Source: Amphiscolops sp. MND2022 (Eukaryota). From it: DNA of 64,000 nt. Position 1 is the first letter of the stretch, and each line of letters begins with the position of its first letter. Under the pieces are notes generated by a model. That model was not told the origin of the DNA, did not search any database, and saw only the letters and a list, made by a program, of their open reading frames with translations. Made by a program: the position numbers and the translations under genes. Where the stretch lies: contig OZ076409.1 in NCBI GenBank assembly GCA_964187785.1, positions 53,508,001-53,572,000 of the forward strand. The letters are read 5' to 3'. Positions 10,878 through 23,595 of the stretch are shown here, one piece after another.

Positions 10878-11599
10878 TGTAACGTCCAGCAAAAGTCGTT
10901 ATATCAATTTTTGAAAATTTCGTTCAAATTCAAAAAGTGTGCGATATCAAATAAGAGCATTCAAAATGGCTGACCTAGCAGGTCCCCAAAAAAAGGACAA
11001 AAAAGAGCCGAAAAAAGCCCGAGAACCCCGAAAAAACCTTGAAATCCCAGAGGACAGTGCCAGAGACCCCAGAAGAACTGAGAACTGCCACAAAAACGCG
11101 GTTTTGTGCCATCTATCCCAGAAAATGACCCAGAAGAAAGAAGTATCTTTTCGAAGGTTGCCCAAAGAACCCTGAAGACTGGATACAAACCCCGAATGTG
11201 ATAAATTCAGTTTATTTAGATGTTTTTGATGTTGTTTAGCAGATTTGCGATGATAGTGGATCTACTAGATCCCTATTTTGGTGGATTTAGAACTTATTCC
11301 CCCAATAAAATGTGTTTCAGCTAGACCCTGTTTTTGGACCTCGGAGGTATGTAGGAACACGCAGGAACATTAGGAATTGTTTTTACAGGCTTGTGGGACG
11401 TGTCCGGACTTGGAGTGTGCCGGCACGTCGCCACGGAGCTCTAATATGAGGAGTCTCCACGGCGTTTTGGAAAAGTCCCTACTGAGACCATTTTGGGACT
11501 AAAAACTGATGTTTAGGTTGTAGTAAGGCACTGGTCTCTTGTTCAAGCAACCTGGGCATTGTCCCAGTTCTAGAATGTAGCTGTTAGCTTGACGTTACA
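10878..11599 (+). repeat. 3' LTR (722 bp)
   Basis: Starts TGTAACGTC directly after the PPT and ends GACGTTACA, a perfect 9-bp terminal inverted repeat. Confidence 0.85.
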
Positions 11600-13170
11600 A
11601 AATGTCACAATCAAAGAAAATAAAAGAGTGAAACCATACTGCCATATGCTGCAAACTTAGTACAGCAGATAAGTTAGATGCCAAATTTGTACGCACTAAT
11701 GCTTCGTGAGGGTCTTGGATAACTTATTCATTTGATGGAATTTCGTGTAATGTGGTACTATGTATCAATTACATCAATCACTTGTAGTGTACAATGAATA
11801 TTATGTAAATCAGCATCATCCAACAAGCATCATTAATAGTAACAATAGAAGAACTTCAATTTTGCTGGTATTCAAAAGTTATACATGAATTTACGTGAAA
11901 CAAGTCGTATGGAGTAATGAGTTTCTGAGTAGCTTTTCTGTACTTGGGTGAGACATTTGCCATCATCGCTGCACCGCGGACCCAACGCAAGCTTAAGGCT
12001 GCGACACTTGACACCTAATTTGTAACTTCTGTTTATTTGGCAGGTGCTTCTTCTTTTCCATAAAGATAATCGACATTATATAATTTTTGAAAGGGGTTTT
12101 CTTTTATTTCATTTCATTTACTATCTTAATACGTGAGACAAGGCTATTTTTCGCAAAGATTGGGGATTATGTATTCGGTATTAGATCTTTCACCAACAAA
12201 ATTAATATCAGGAGAATCTGCTAATTAGAGCGATTGTACCCGTCATCTTAATCATTCAATTTGTCTTTCCAATCCCTTAAATTCATGCGTAAAGTAGAGA
12301 AAGAAAAAAATCATCATATAAAATGCTAGCATTGTATACATACAGTCCAAATTATTTTTTACAAATAAAAATTCAGTTCTTTTCTTACACTATTGTATAT
12401 CACATCATCTATAAGAGTAGTTATTGGCAAAAATTTGAGGAAAAGATGAAAATTAGAAAATAAAAATAAAAAAATTCCGGTGCTAAAACAGATTTTTTGT
12501 TTCTAAATAAAACAGAAACTAGAAAACATTCATTGACTGTGATGCGTTGTTTTCCACCCTCCATGTGAGACGGTAGTAGTTTCGACAGCCCCTCTCCCTC
12601 CCGAAAAAAGTTTTTGTAATTTGGTACGTAAGATTGGGATAATTCACCTTATCGACCACTTTTTTGGAATCGAGATATGAAGTGAATATATCCCCATCCA
12701 GGTTGACCCCAATACTCAGAAATGATATGTCAGTATGATCATGGTGAAAAATGATTATCATAATATGGTCATAGTATGGTCATAGTGTGGTCATATTTTC
12801 ACTAGCATGGTAACAAACATGGTCTGGTCATGGTATGAGTGACCATGTTTGAAAATTGTGTTCTAGCGGAGAAAATTGACATAGAAAACACATCAATAGG
12901 TAACACATTTGCTTTTTCTTTGGTTTCTAGGCTTACATCAATGGCCCGGGTAGCATCAAGGAAGCTCTTCGGCATCGCGTTTCCTGAAGCCGCTAGTTAG
13001 ATACGATTTTGGGTTTCTAGGTACTGTTACAAAATTTTGTGATTTTTATATTATTCGTGTAATTTCTTTATTTCTGTATCAATTGTCTGATAAGATTTAT
13101 ATTTTACTTACATCATCTGTACAAACAGTTTTTTTCGGTTTCGAGATACATGTTCTGTTGCAAAGCTTAT

Positions 13171-13699
13171 TTTTAGTTGGCGCTTTTGGAGAAAAGTGCC
13201 CGACTCGTACTGTGGGTAGTTTTTTTAAACGCGTAAGTTCCACTTTTTTGTTCATTTGTTCAACAAGAACAACTTGAGCTACAGACGTTCAAAAACACTC
13301 GAAACGTCAGAACCTCGTCCAAAACAATAAAACTGACGTCCAGAACCTAGAATTCATACTAAAGACCCCCTTTGGCTATCTTGGTGTTTTTCACTTGGAT
13401 TTTTTGGCACTGTGAGACTTTTTTCGAAAACTATGGGATTGCACGAAAGGGTCCCCCCATCACTTCTGTAACAGAATGGATGCATAATAATTCCAAAGGG
13501 TCTTTGTTTTTTACATTTGTCGGCACTGTGACACTGTTCAAGATTCTCAATTTTTGTTTATTTTCAAAGCGTTTTTAATGTCTCTTGTGCAACAACTTGG
13601 AGTTTCAAAAAGCCCAAAGACTCCCCTTTTACAACTTTAAAAACGTTGCGCATTTTGAGTCTCGGATGTAGCGCCGACTTAGGCTGTTCTTGGCTTGTT
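13171..13699 (+). mobile_element. Helentron-associated non-autonomous element (HINE/DINE-like)
   Basis: T-run then AGTTGGCGC at the 5' end; GCGCCGACT sub-TIR plus short stem and CTTGTT at the 3' end. Same architecture as 31248-31768. Confidence 0.65.
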
Positions 13700-13856
13700 G
13701 CATTTTCATTCAGTTTTCATGTTACACTTGTTAGTTGTAGATAGTTTTTGATAAAAAGCTCATTTTTAGATGTTATTATTGTAATTTGTGTATCACAAAT
13801 GAATTAATTTTTGATTCTCGAGACGGTTTTCTCAGTTTCTAGGTAAAAATGCGGAG

Positions 13857-14374
13857 TTTTTAGTTGGCGCTTTTTGTAGAAAAACGCAGACTATAGTAGT
13901 GACTTTTCTTTTTTTTCTTTTTTTTTTCAAGACGAACGAAGTGACAGATTTTATGAGCTTTCTAAGTTGGCTTCCTTTAACTGCCACACTAATCTAAGTT
14001 GTGAATAGAGGCTAATTAGAATTTTTTAGGTCTGCCAAGCAGAAGGACGTGGGTTCGAGTGTCGCCCTTGACCAAAATTTTTTGTGCATGATATTTCGTC
14101 TTTCTGAGACCTTTTTTCAGCAAATGTTTTTAATGTCCCCAAAAGGTCGCCCCTTCGATTTTTTTTATTTTGCAAGAGAATGGATGTTCAAAAAACCCCT
14201 TTTACATTTTTTGGCACTATGCAACTTACCGGAGACTTCAAAAAAATTTTAAGAAAACATTTAGGATTTTTTTTCCTCATGCGGGTACTGTAGAAGAGAA
14301 TAGTTGACACTTTGAAGTCCTTTTGCTATTTTTGCTTAGATATGGCGCCGACTTGGGCCGTTCCCAGCTTGTTT
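13857..14374 (+). mobile_element. Helentron-associated non-autonomous element
   Basis: TTTTTAGTTGGCGC...GGCGCCGACTTGGGCCGTTCCCAGCTTGTT, with an internal GGGTTCGAGT B-box-like segment. Confidence 0.7.
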
Positions 14375-15122
14375 ATAAATTAAAAAATCATTTTGAGTCC
14401 CGATGGAGGCCTCGTCCTTGTCAAGTGTGATACAATGTATCTCACGAACTGAGTGCCTCCTTAAAATACAGAATCCGGCCTGGGCAACCAATTTCTATTT
14501 AATTTGTTCACAGCTGGTTGCCATATCCGACATGTTTCTCGATTTTTTTCTACATAACATGGTTTTCATAACATTTTCATGAAACATGAGGGGTCACAGT
14601 ATGATCATACTATGGTCAGTGTGACAAGGTCTTGGGATGATCATTATCATGGAACGACCATGATCATAGTATGATTTGTATGATCATACTATGATGAGCA
14701 TGCTTGGTCAACCTGGGCATTGCTGTCAATAGATTCATAAAACAAATTCAGTTGAACTGAAGGCGTCTGACAGCTGGTTCTTTTTGAGAAAAACAGACTG
14801 AGTTTTGCGATATTAAGCTGAATCAGCAAGGCAAGAAAAACAAAATATGTGGTGTTCACGTGCTAATTAAACACTTCTTATCAAAAATTTTGTCAAGGGT
14901 GTCATTTATCTGAATGCCACACTACATCAAAACATCGATCCGCTACAGATTTGTATTTGTTTATATTCATTCGTACATTACAAGCAGATTGCCAAATTAT
15001 CACTCAACGACAATCAAGCAACGATTCATGATTCAACACGGCATTTAAAAACGTAATGGTTTGTATAAATGCAAAGAAAAAGAGAGATACGTAAGTTTCC
15101 TTACTACAAAGTACTGACACAG

Positions 15123-15870
15123 CACCCAGGTTTTCGATCTGTGTGAATCTGTGCAGATCTGCAGAATTTTTCTGCAGGGTTCTGCAAAGATCGTTGCACT
15201 GAATCTTGCAGATCCATACAGAACTGCAGGATCTTTACAGAAGCGTGCAGATTTTCTTTGAAGATTTCTGCGGAAACAACATACTGCATTTTCTTTAATT
15301 ACTTTATCAACTATTTTAGCTGACCAAGGCTCAGTCAGTTGATACTCTCGATCACTCAAAACTGTTGAGAAAGACAATTTGTCCCCATCACAGTAATTTT
15401 GGTGACTGGAGAATGCGCCGCAGTGGTTATACACCGAAATATTTCGATTTCACTTGAACTTTCCAGAAGTCGTTGTTGAACTTTGAGAGGCTCGTTTGCC
15501 ATATTGACATCGTTTTGACGGATGAAATTTGACATGTTGTGGGTAGATGTGTTGATAAAGTGTTGTTGTTGTAATATTTCGGGAACATGATTTGTTGGAG
15601 TAATTTTAGTAATTCTGTTAACTCAGAATACGTTATAGTAATTTGTCGGTCATTGTTTGGATCTGTAAAGATTTGTAACGATCTGTAATCTCTACAGATC
15701 TGTACAGATTGCTGCAGAAAAATGTTTCGTCATTTTGACACAATTTTCTAATTTTCTGAGTAGGTCTTTTTCTTCGAATCTGCAGATATCTGCAAAGATC
15801 TGCAAAAATCCTGCAGATTTTCACATATCTGCAAAGATCTGCAAAAATCCTGCAATGATCTTGCGATTTA
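15123..15870. repeat. Truncated CACTA-like MITE with AGATCT/TGCAG subterminal repeats
   Basis: Starts near CCCAGG; clusters of GATCTGCA-like repeats at 15130-15270 and 15660-15865; no right-hand TIR found. Confidence 0.45.
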
Positions 15871-15938
15871 TCTTTCATTATGATGACCGTCTGATACCAT
15901 ATTTTGTAAGAAAATTCTATGTAGACATTTCTATTTTT

Positions 15939-16202
15939 TTACAGTATACGATAGCTCATCAAACAATAGATGTTTAATTCTCCTACAATCCGAATCATGT
16001 CATGAGTCAGTTTTAATTTCAGGTTCATCTGCAAGAAAAGATTAGTAGAACCATAGAAATATTCAATTGTAAAACCACTATACATACGTGATGTATCTAT
16101 ACAGGGGTATCTGTTATTCTCAACAATAATGGTGTCTGCAGTTTGACTCCAAGATCCAAAAGCCAGATGACATGCTTGTTCGTCAAATGGAAAATGTCTC
16201 AT
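15939..16202 (-). CDS. Cys-loop receptor LBD exon 4 (end of the Cys-loop and loop B), terminating in a stop
   Basis: Acceptor TTTTAG|ATG at 16202; MRHFPFDEQACHLAFGSWS. Joined to the previous exon this gives C-LLEMRHFPFDEQA-C (C-x13-C). A 59-nt intron (16087-16029, GTATGT...CTAAT...TTGCAG) is possible, so the 3' boundary is uncertain. Confidence 0.85.
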   Translation of the reverse strand: MRHFPFDEQACHLAFGSWSQTADTIIVENNRYPCIDTSRMYSGFTIEYFYGSTNLFLQMNLKLKLTHDMIRIVGELNIYCLMSYRIL

Positions 16203-16289
16203 CTAAAACGTGGGCAAAGCTCTCTAGAAAGCTTCCTAGTTCAAGGTTTTCTCTTTATGATACCACTAGAACGTAAAGAGCAAAATTAA

Positions 16290-16582
16290 TATATTCGTTC
16301 CTTGCATCAAGAATCCTTCAAGATCTTGCAAGACAATGCAATTTACTTTAATTCCTTGAAAGAAACTTGCGAGATCCTTGCTTAAGATGCATTCTTTGGA
16401 AGATCCTGGCAAGCAATGCATTCCTTACAAAAGTGTTTCCTTGAAAGGTCTCACAAGAAGTATATTTCCTTGCATGATGCTTGCAAAGGAATACTATTAC
16501 TTGCAAGATCTTTCAAGTAATTTACTTAAAGCAATGATCTTACAAGATCTTGTAAAGACTGTATTTTTGTCTCAACAAGGGG
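16290..16582. repeat. MITE fragment with CTTGCAAG repeats
   Basis: Dense CTTGCAAG/AGATCTT repeats ending in CAACAAGGGG; only one end is visible. Confidence 0.4.
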
Positions 16583-19228
16583 ATTTATTCTAGCCGACTG
16601 ATTTCCATAATTGAAATTGTTTACAAAAACAGTGGCTTGAGTCTCGTAAGTCTAAAAGTGTCAAATTATTTATCAGAAAAAATGATATGGCAGTATAGAT
16701 CGATTACAAAGAGAAAACATGGCGTCGGCTTGGTTCAAACTCTCGGCCTTCTACCTTTAAACTTCGCGGTGTAAGCATACCGCCGTTCTGCAAAAAAGTT
16801 TCACTTTTAGCCAGAATCGACACCATCAAAATCTGCCTATAAAGATTGTCCTCTAAGGCAGCTGTAGGATCTTTTACCTTTTCGTTGATGTTATGTTGTT
16901 TATTTAAATTTTGTACCTTCAGCAAAGTAGATTATTCGGATGTGATATGTATGAAAATAAAGAAAACAGGAAGTACTTCAAGTAACTCGACTTATTGTTT
17001 GTCACTAATAGAGTGTTTTGTCCCGTTGACAACCAACAACCTTTGCTGCTATGAAGCGACCGCGCAACGTATTAAAGCTATAAAGCCGCCGCCACCTCCT
17101 AAAATTATGTATGAAATATTTTAATCGGAAAGAAATTTTAACATCGAATTTCTCGGCAACTATTGCATACATAAGGAAAATTAAAACAAATAAATGTTCC
17201 TATTCGACTTGACTACGTGTTAAATAAACGTTACAGTATTTCTGAAAAACGAATTTCCACAGAAAAGAACTAGAAGCAACTTTTAACTATGAACAGAATT
17301 TTTGTCAAATTGCAATGTTAATACATGTGTTTGAGAGTGGAAGTGTCACAGTGAGCGGTATAAGCAAAGAATGCAACTCACAAAGGCTTGTTAGAAAGCG
17401 AGAGGAAGAAATTTAGAACGCGCCGTGAGTGGCTGCACGCACAGCTAAGAAGAGAACGGCCGCTGCACACTTTGCAATTTCCCCACATCTTAATACAAAT
17501 TGAAAATCAAAAAGCAATTTCTCAAACAGAAAAAAATGATATCATCGAAGGGTTTCCAGCATTTGACAGCCCAACCAAAAGAGGCTTCAAGTTGATAAAT
17601 TGAGCTTCGAGCAACAACGAGAACTTGACCGGGGTAGGCTTTGAAAATAAGTTCTTTTAAAATTTTGACCAATTTCCGAAAATGACTTAAAAAATTTCTT
17701 GTGATCACTACAGTTGTCAAAAATGGTCTGAATATAGCCTAAAGTAAAGATGAATAAATTGTCTGACTTGTGTTTGTTGGAAAATAAATAATATCCTGTA
17801 GTTTTTAGATCGGAGCAAGCAAATGTTAAAAAAGCCCAAAAATGGCAAAAACACCCGTTTTTTGAGTGTTATTGCCTAGTACTCAACGTATAAAAGATCA
17901 ATAGCCTCACCTTTGCAGCGTCTTCGCGAATTGACGTGGATGCGTGAATGGAGTAGACAATAGAGCGCTGCGAAAAAACGACAAGAAATGAAATTTGTGA
18001 TTTCTTTCTGATAATAGTAAGATCGACCTACGAAATGTTACCCCCCCCCCCGCACGTTTCGGGCGATATCGAGATACAACTTTCAGGGTAAACGCACAAG
18101 AATAAGGCGCACAGCGTTTAGAGAGAGCGTTTTCCGAAAAAAGACCTGGTTTTGAGATATTGCCCTCTAAAGTGGGAGGCCAGTTCACCGAATTTTGAAA
18201 AATGACTGTTTCCAGAAAAAGTGCCAACAAGTTTTGTTGAGAAAAGATAAAGACCTCATCTAAAGTGCAAAATACACCTAATAGCTTGGACTAGCGCTGT
18301 TTATAGTCACCGACGCTTTACCTTTCAAATAGAAGTAGTACGAGCCCTCCAAAATTGAGACTTTGCAAATGTCGATACATGATTCTTGACTACTTTACTT
18401 CAAGGGCGTTTTTCACCGTGAACGAGTCAGAATAGAATGATAACATCAGCCAGAACTTTTGTAGCCCTTAGTCTGCTCGTTTAGATGGTGTACCTAGTTT
18501 TAGCGCCTGGTGGTCCGAACACCTGGTCTTTGCCCGAAAATATGTAACTCGAAAATCGACAGTTTGGGATGTGAAACAAAATCGCCTTTCAGGTCGATAT
18601 AAACTGTTGAGAATTATTTCCTTCGGCAATATTTTGCTAAACCGAATTGTAGGGAGTTGTTTGGGAAACGAGGACTTAACAAAAATCAGCGGATGAGAAA
18701 GTCGTGTTTGCAAAAGTGGGAGAAATTGAGTCAGGGATACCTCCCCTCCAATTCTAAAGTAAAACGAAGTAAAACCACTAGTCTTGACTGACAAGAAGGT
18801 GGAACTAGGACCGACTAACGATGAGAAAATGTACTTCTGATGAACCTTAAGTAACGAAGTGGGAAGAACTGTTTTACCCAATACTTAGTCAGGCCCCCAA
18901 AAAAGAATGATGACAAAATACGAATATTTAAATGACTAAACTGCCGAAAAAGAAATTTTGGCTGAATTGTGCATCTTTACGAACGCACACAAATCAGTTG
19001 AAATCTAGAGAACGGTTTGCTGCTTTGCGTCCGATAGCATCCCGGATCAGGCTCTGGATTATCGAAATTACAGATTTATTTAGCTTGGCCGTGGAGCCCG
19101 TGCCTTCAACCTCTAACAAAGATTCGAAGATGCCATATCTATTGCTGCACCGTCATCCCTTCTTACGATTCTCGACCCGGCAGCAAAGTTGACAGCTGGT
19201 CTATCGTATCTCAAATATCACATGTAAT

Positions 19229-19490
19229 ACGGGTTAAGTGGCCCAAGAATACACGAAACGGGATAAGTGGCCCTAGAATACACGGAACGGGTTAATTGGC
19301 CCTAGAATACACGGAACGGGTTAAGTGGCCCTAGAATACACGAAACGGGATAAATGGATCTAGAATACACGGAACGGGTTAATTGGCCCCAGAATACACG
19401 GAACTGGTTGAGTGGCCCTAGAATACACGAAACGGGTTAGATGGCAAAATAAAACACCCAACAGGTTAAGTGGCCCAAGAATACACGGAA
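19229..19490. repeat. 29-bp minisatellite, about 9 copies
   Basis: Unit ACGGGTTAAGTGGCCC(T/A)AGAATACACG(G/A)A repeated head to tail. Confidence 0.92.
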
Positions 19491-20797
19491 ATTGTTAGAG
19501 AAAGACTGTTAGAGAAAATTTGTGAGGAGTTGATTCATTAGTATCTTGCAGATATTACACCCTATCCTCTCGGATAACCAAACTCAAACCTTGCTGAAAC
19601 CCTTGTTTCTTGTATTCTTCTGTTACATGCTTTTTAATATGATTCGTACTATTCTCCGCTATTATCGATGTTATCATTCCATTATTCGTGGTTGTGATGC
19701 GTATCGCCTTTTTTATTTGACGCGTAATAATTGATGTTCCAGCTGATTTGCTCTTTTCATTCTTGACAGGACACTATAAAAAACAGCTAAAGAGTAGCGA
19801 GACAAGCCCTGGAGAAGGGACAGATCACAGAATAGTAAAAGCTGGTGATTTTCTTGTCACACGTACCCCCACCCTCTTCGATTTAGTTGGATCTTCTTTT
19901 CTTTCCAAGTTAATAAAACTTTAAGTAGATACTCAGCCAGTTCTTGTCTCGTGCATGTTGCCTACAGGTTTGATTGAATTGCAGTGGAGCTAATCTCAAC
20001 AAATAGTTAAAGCTACTGAAAACCAAAAATCTTACAGCAGCTGATCTTTGATTAATATCTGAAAAAACGTACAATTTGTTTTGACTATTCCTGTGTAATC
20101 AAATTTGTCAAGACCATCGCATTTTTGAACAAATATATACTGGAAAGAAGGCAGCACTCTCTAATTGAAAACATCAAAACCCAAAGCGAAAAAAAGGAAT
20201 AAAAAAGTGACACAAAGCCGAAAAAAATCTGAAAGCGATGATATTTGGTTTCATATTTTTTCGTACAACGTACAACATGAAAAGATGTGAAAGTCTGAAT
20301 AGGACATTTTGGACCGTTTGCGCGCGCTTCAAATCACCGGAGTAACTTGTACTGTACGTTTTTGTCAATCGATTACTGTCATTTCGACCGGCTTAACAAA
20401 AACGAAAAAACGCGACAAAAGGCCTCAAAAGTTGCTATTTTTCACCAAGTGGCGACTAAAACATAAAACGCGACGTGGTCTAATCGTACCAAAAAACACC
20501 GCGGAATTAGATGACAACTGATTACATGAAATAAAGTTTTAAAATCTTTATTGCCGTGGAAAGTGAAGCTCAGTGTGAAATTTCTTGGAAATCTGGCTAA
20601 GATTGCTCTTGAAAAACGAGGTTAACTCGGGCAATGTATGTTCAGTGTTCAGCGAATCATAGGGCCCATTTTGATGGACAAAAACGGGAAAACAGCAATT
20701 TTGACGCACTTAAATATGATGATTTTGCACGTGAAGGCGGGCGGCTGTGAAAGTTTTGCAGATAAAATCTAATATTTAGCAAAAAAATCGCACTTAC

Positions 20798-20914
20798 CTC
20801 GAGCAGGCAAAAAATGTCGAGAAGCTGAGGAGTGTCAACGATAACTTCTCCATTGCTGGTTAGTTTAACTGGGATTATGTTTTCTCTCATAAAATAATTT
20901 CCTGTCTCAGTCAA
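20798..20914 (-). CDS. Cys-loop receptor LBD exon 3
   Basis: TTTTGTTTCAG|TTG...GAG|GTAAGT; 117 bp, phase 0/0; LTETGNYFMRENIIPVKLTSNGEVIVDTPQLLDIFCLLE, which includes the first Cys-loop cysteine. Confidence 0.88.
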
Positions 20915-21830
20915 CTGAAACAAAAAAAACGAACAAGTTCTTTGATTACCTGATTACTAAATTTTATTTTTTAGTTTTGCGAATTTCACTCCTACTTAAA
21001 CTTGTTTTTAAAACAAATTTAGATGTTGTTTGCCCCAAGCTATGTGGAAAAAATCTCAAGCATATACAATTTCACAAGAGCGGGAAAAACACTCAAGTCG
21101 TTATATTAAAAGTTTTTGGGGGATTGTTCTATTTTGACGTGGTAATAAAATGATATTGTTACTAGTAATGTCTTTTCTGCTCTTTTGCTATAAAAGGATT
21201 GCGTACACAAATGTTTTTTAATCAATCTAACTTAACATGAGACTGTTAGTAAACAATAATTCAAATAGCAGGTTGAGTTCTATTAGTTTTCGCAGTTGAC
21301 CGATTCCGAATAAGTTGGTTTTGGGATGACACCGTATAACAGGAATAACGTCTAAAACTCAATGTATTAGGACTTGGCATTAGCATGAAATCGTTTGATG
21401 CGTTATTCCTGCGTTATTAGAATATGATTCATTAGCTTCCTTTGTCATGCCAGCATGATGGAAATATAATCTCTTAATATATGTAATGTAAATGTTATGT
21501 CTTATGTACTTAGATATGGGCAATATGAAGTCATATAATAAGAGCCATGGTTGTGAGCAACCCTACGTTACTTGTACATAATCCCCATTCCCCCATGAGT
21601 TTGAGTTATATATATTTACTTAATACTGAGCGCTCTAGTTCCGGTGTCCGCATAAATGATCTTGCCAATGGCCTTGAATGTGCTATATTTCAAAATATTG
21701 GTTTGTCACGACATGGGAGAGAAGTTTTCCGGTCAGACTGGACCGAGAGATATTGAAAAAATGATGAAATGTGTAACTTCTACTAGCTCCCCGCTTCAGG
21801 GCTTGTAGTCGTGACGACGTTTTCACAAAG

Positions 21831-22617
21831 TTCATCGCTAATCCATCGGCGGATTTAGTAGTGAGCTAGATTCAGTTAGAGATTTACCTGAGTCCATCAG
21901 CGGATTCATCCGGTGCTTTTATGAGAAAGTTCATCGCAATTTCATCCCCAAAATTGCGAGCGAACAAAGTATGGGACTTTATACTTTATTTTTTATCACA
22001 AATCCATCAGCGGATTTCATGGGACTAGACTTAGTTATTTCATCTTAAATTCATCGCCGTATTTCATTTAGTAACTCCAAAATGTGCTTCTCATTTCTTA
22101 GAGACGATAACTCGTCTCTATTTCATCGCATGGACAGTAAACAGAAAGAAATGAGAAAGTACATCTCTAATTCATCCTAGAAAGAGTGAATGTGCTGGAT
22201 TATCTGTTTTGTTGAGTAAGTTCATCTAAATCCCATCCTGATTTTGACTCGTGCTAGACTTTGCTGAATTATTAGGAGTTCATCCCAAACTCATCGCTGA
22301 TTTGATTTTACAGTAGAGTTAGCTATTTCATTGGACTTATTGAGTGAATTCATCCTGAATTCATCTTCATTTTATTTGTGCTGGAAATTGACAAATTTCG
22401 AGGAAGTTCATCCTTTGATCATCGTCACTTTGAATGGTGTTGATTTTCAAGTGAGAAAGACTACATTTCATCGCATTTCCATCCAGAACGAAACTAGACT
22501 TGAAAATCAGCAAATATTCTCATTGTGTTCATCACATATCCATCCCTAATTGCAAAAACACCGATTTTAGTGCTAGAATCAGCTGGAAAACATCGTTTAC
22601 ACATCTCGGAATGCATC
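21831..22617 (+). repeat. Array of CATC-N7-CATC units with non-repeating spacers
   Basis: CATC pairs exactly 11 bp apart starting at 21833, 21932, 22041, 22162, 22223, 22281, 22351, 22409, 22469, 22530 and 22591, with single-mismatch variants at 21994 and 22113. Confidence 0.8.
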
Positions 22618-22800
22618 CTACTTTAATTCGACTTGAAATTAGTGTGATATCGAATACTTTGAACTCATTTCCTGTGCTATAGAAACCATTGTGATATGTG
22701 CAGGCAATTGCGACACTGTAAAGTGATGATTAACCACCATTTACACGTATGTAGACTCATCATGATGTGTGGCCACCCTGCGGCAGTTCACAACACCGGT

Positions 22801-22892
22801 CACGTGACTTATCAATTAACACCAACCGGCAGTAGCCAATGAGAAGAGGCTGGTAAGAGATTTAGCGTCTTACCAGCCTGAAAAGACACGTG
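22801..22892 (+). promoter_or_regulatory. Candidate LTR promoter module: E-box, CCAAT, 12-bp hairpin, E-box
   Basis: CACGTG at 22801 and 22887, CCAAT at ~22836, and a perfect stem AGGCTGGTAAGA/TCTTACCAGCCT (22847-22879). The function is inferred. Confidence 0.4.
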
Positions 22893-23268
22893 AACTGCTG
22901 TAGTTTAAGCCGCCATTAAAGATTACTCAGACCGAAATTGCGACTTACCACTTTCCAGTTGGATACCTTACTTCAAAATTCAGCAGAGAACACATCCACA
23001 ATTCATCTCGAATAACGAAAATCTAACTCTCTGAGTAATTTCTGATTGGACCTACATAACGATGGGATTTAGATGAACTTCCACATTTTGCTTCTTGATC
23101 CACGCTTATCGTCAAACGCCCAATTCCTTGCTAAACTTCATCTCTAAATCATCTCAATTCAAGATTAGTGAATTCGAGATATTTTATTTAGCGACAAGAT
23201 AACAAAATACATCTGTGAAACATCTCAGAAATTCAGTCTTCACTCATATATCATTTTCACTTGATTAT

Positions 23269-23595
23269 ATGAGTCAAAACCAAGGGACAGTACTCAGAAG
23301 CGGCAGAATTATTGATTCCTCATCAGAAATAGACTCTCCCGTGGATTTGAACATGGCTCAAGCAAACTCTAACGATTCTGATACCAACGATAATTCTGAC
23401 ATCTCTTCCCAGTTGTCTGAAATAAAAGAAAGTTACGAACGAAGGATTAGTGAGTTAAATCATGAATTTAGTCAACTGAAGGACTTAATGATGGCGATTG
23501 TAAACAAAAATAATGGCGAAGCACAGCCATCCAGTTCGAAAGGTCCTTCAAAGCCGCCCCAACAGCAGGGGCTCGACATCCTTTCACAAAGCTGA
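23269..23595 (+). pseudogene. Gag N-terminal-like ORF inside the solo LTR, open across the LTR end
   Basis: MSQNQGTVLRSGR..., then a coiled-coil-like stretch LSEIKESYERRISELNHEFSQLKDLMMAIV. The stop codon comes from flanking host DNA. Confidence 0.55.

Larger units (their letters stand above)
1..11599 (+). mobile_element. Gypsy LTR retrotransposon, 5' end outside the window
   Basis: gag-pol ORF, then 1.3 kb of non-coding sequence, PPT GGGGAGGA (10870-10877) and an LTR. Bases 1-596 do not match the LTR, so they are taken to be internal leader. Confidence 0.9.
12697..14717. mobile_element. Non-autonomous CACTA/EnSpm-like element with two nested Helentron-type elements
   Basis: TIRs (T)CCAGGTTGACC...GGTCAACCTGGG, 2-bp TSD CA, and subterminal ATG(G/A)TCAT repeats at both ends. 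Confidence 0.7.
21443..23578 (+). mobile_element. Solo LTR (2136 bp) in an intron of the Cys-loop gene
   Basis: Termini TGTCATGCC...GGGCTCGACA (TG...CA, imperfect inverted repeat) with an exact 5-bp TSD TCCTT at 21438-21442 and 23579-23583. Confidence 0.8.

Noticed and set aside
11820..12060. Possible beta10/TM1 exon of the Cys-loop gene (SYSETHYSIRLVSRKFMYNF*IPA...LLLLLLMMLV, minus strand)
   Set aside because: Needs a stop read-through and a frameshift, has no clear splice acceptor, and the resemblance is weak.
19229..19490. CRISPR array
   Set aside because: Head-to-tail repeat with no unique spacers.
21831..22617. CRISPR array
   Set aside because: The repeats are only 4+4 conserved bases, the context is a eukaryotic LTR, and there are no cas genes. 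Reported as a motif array instead.
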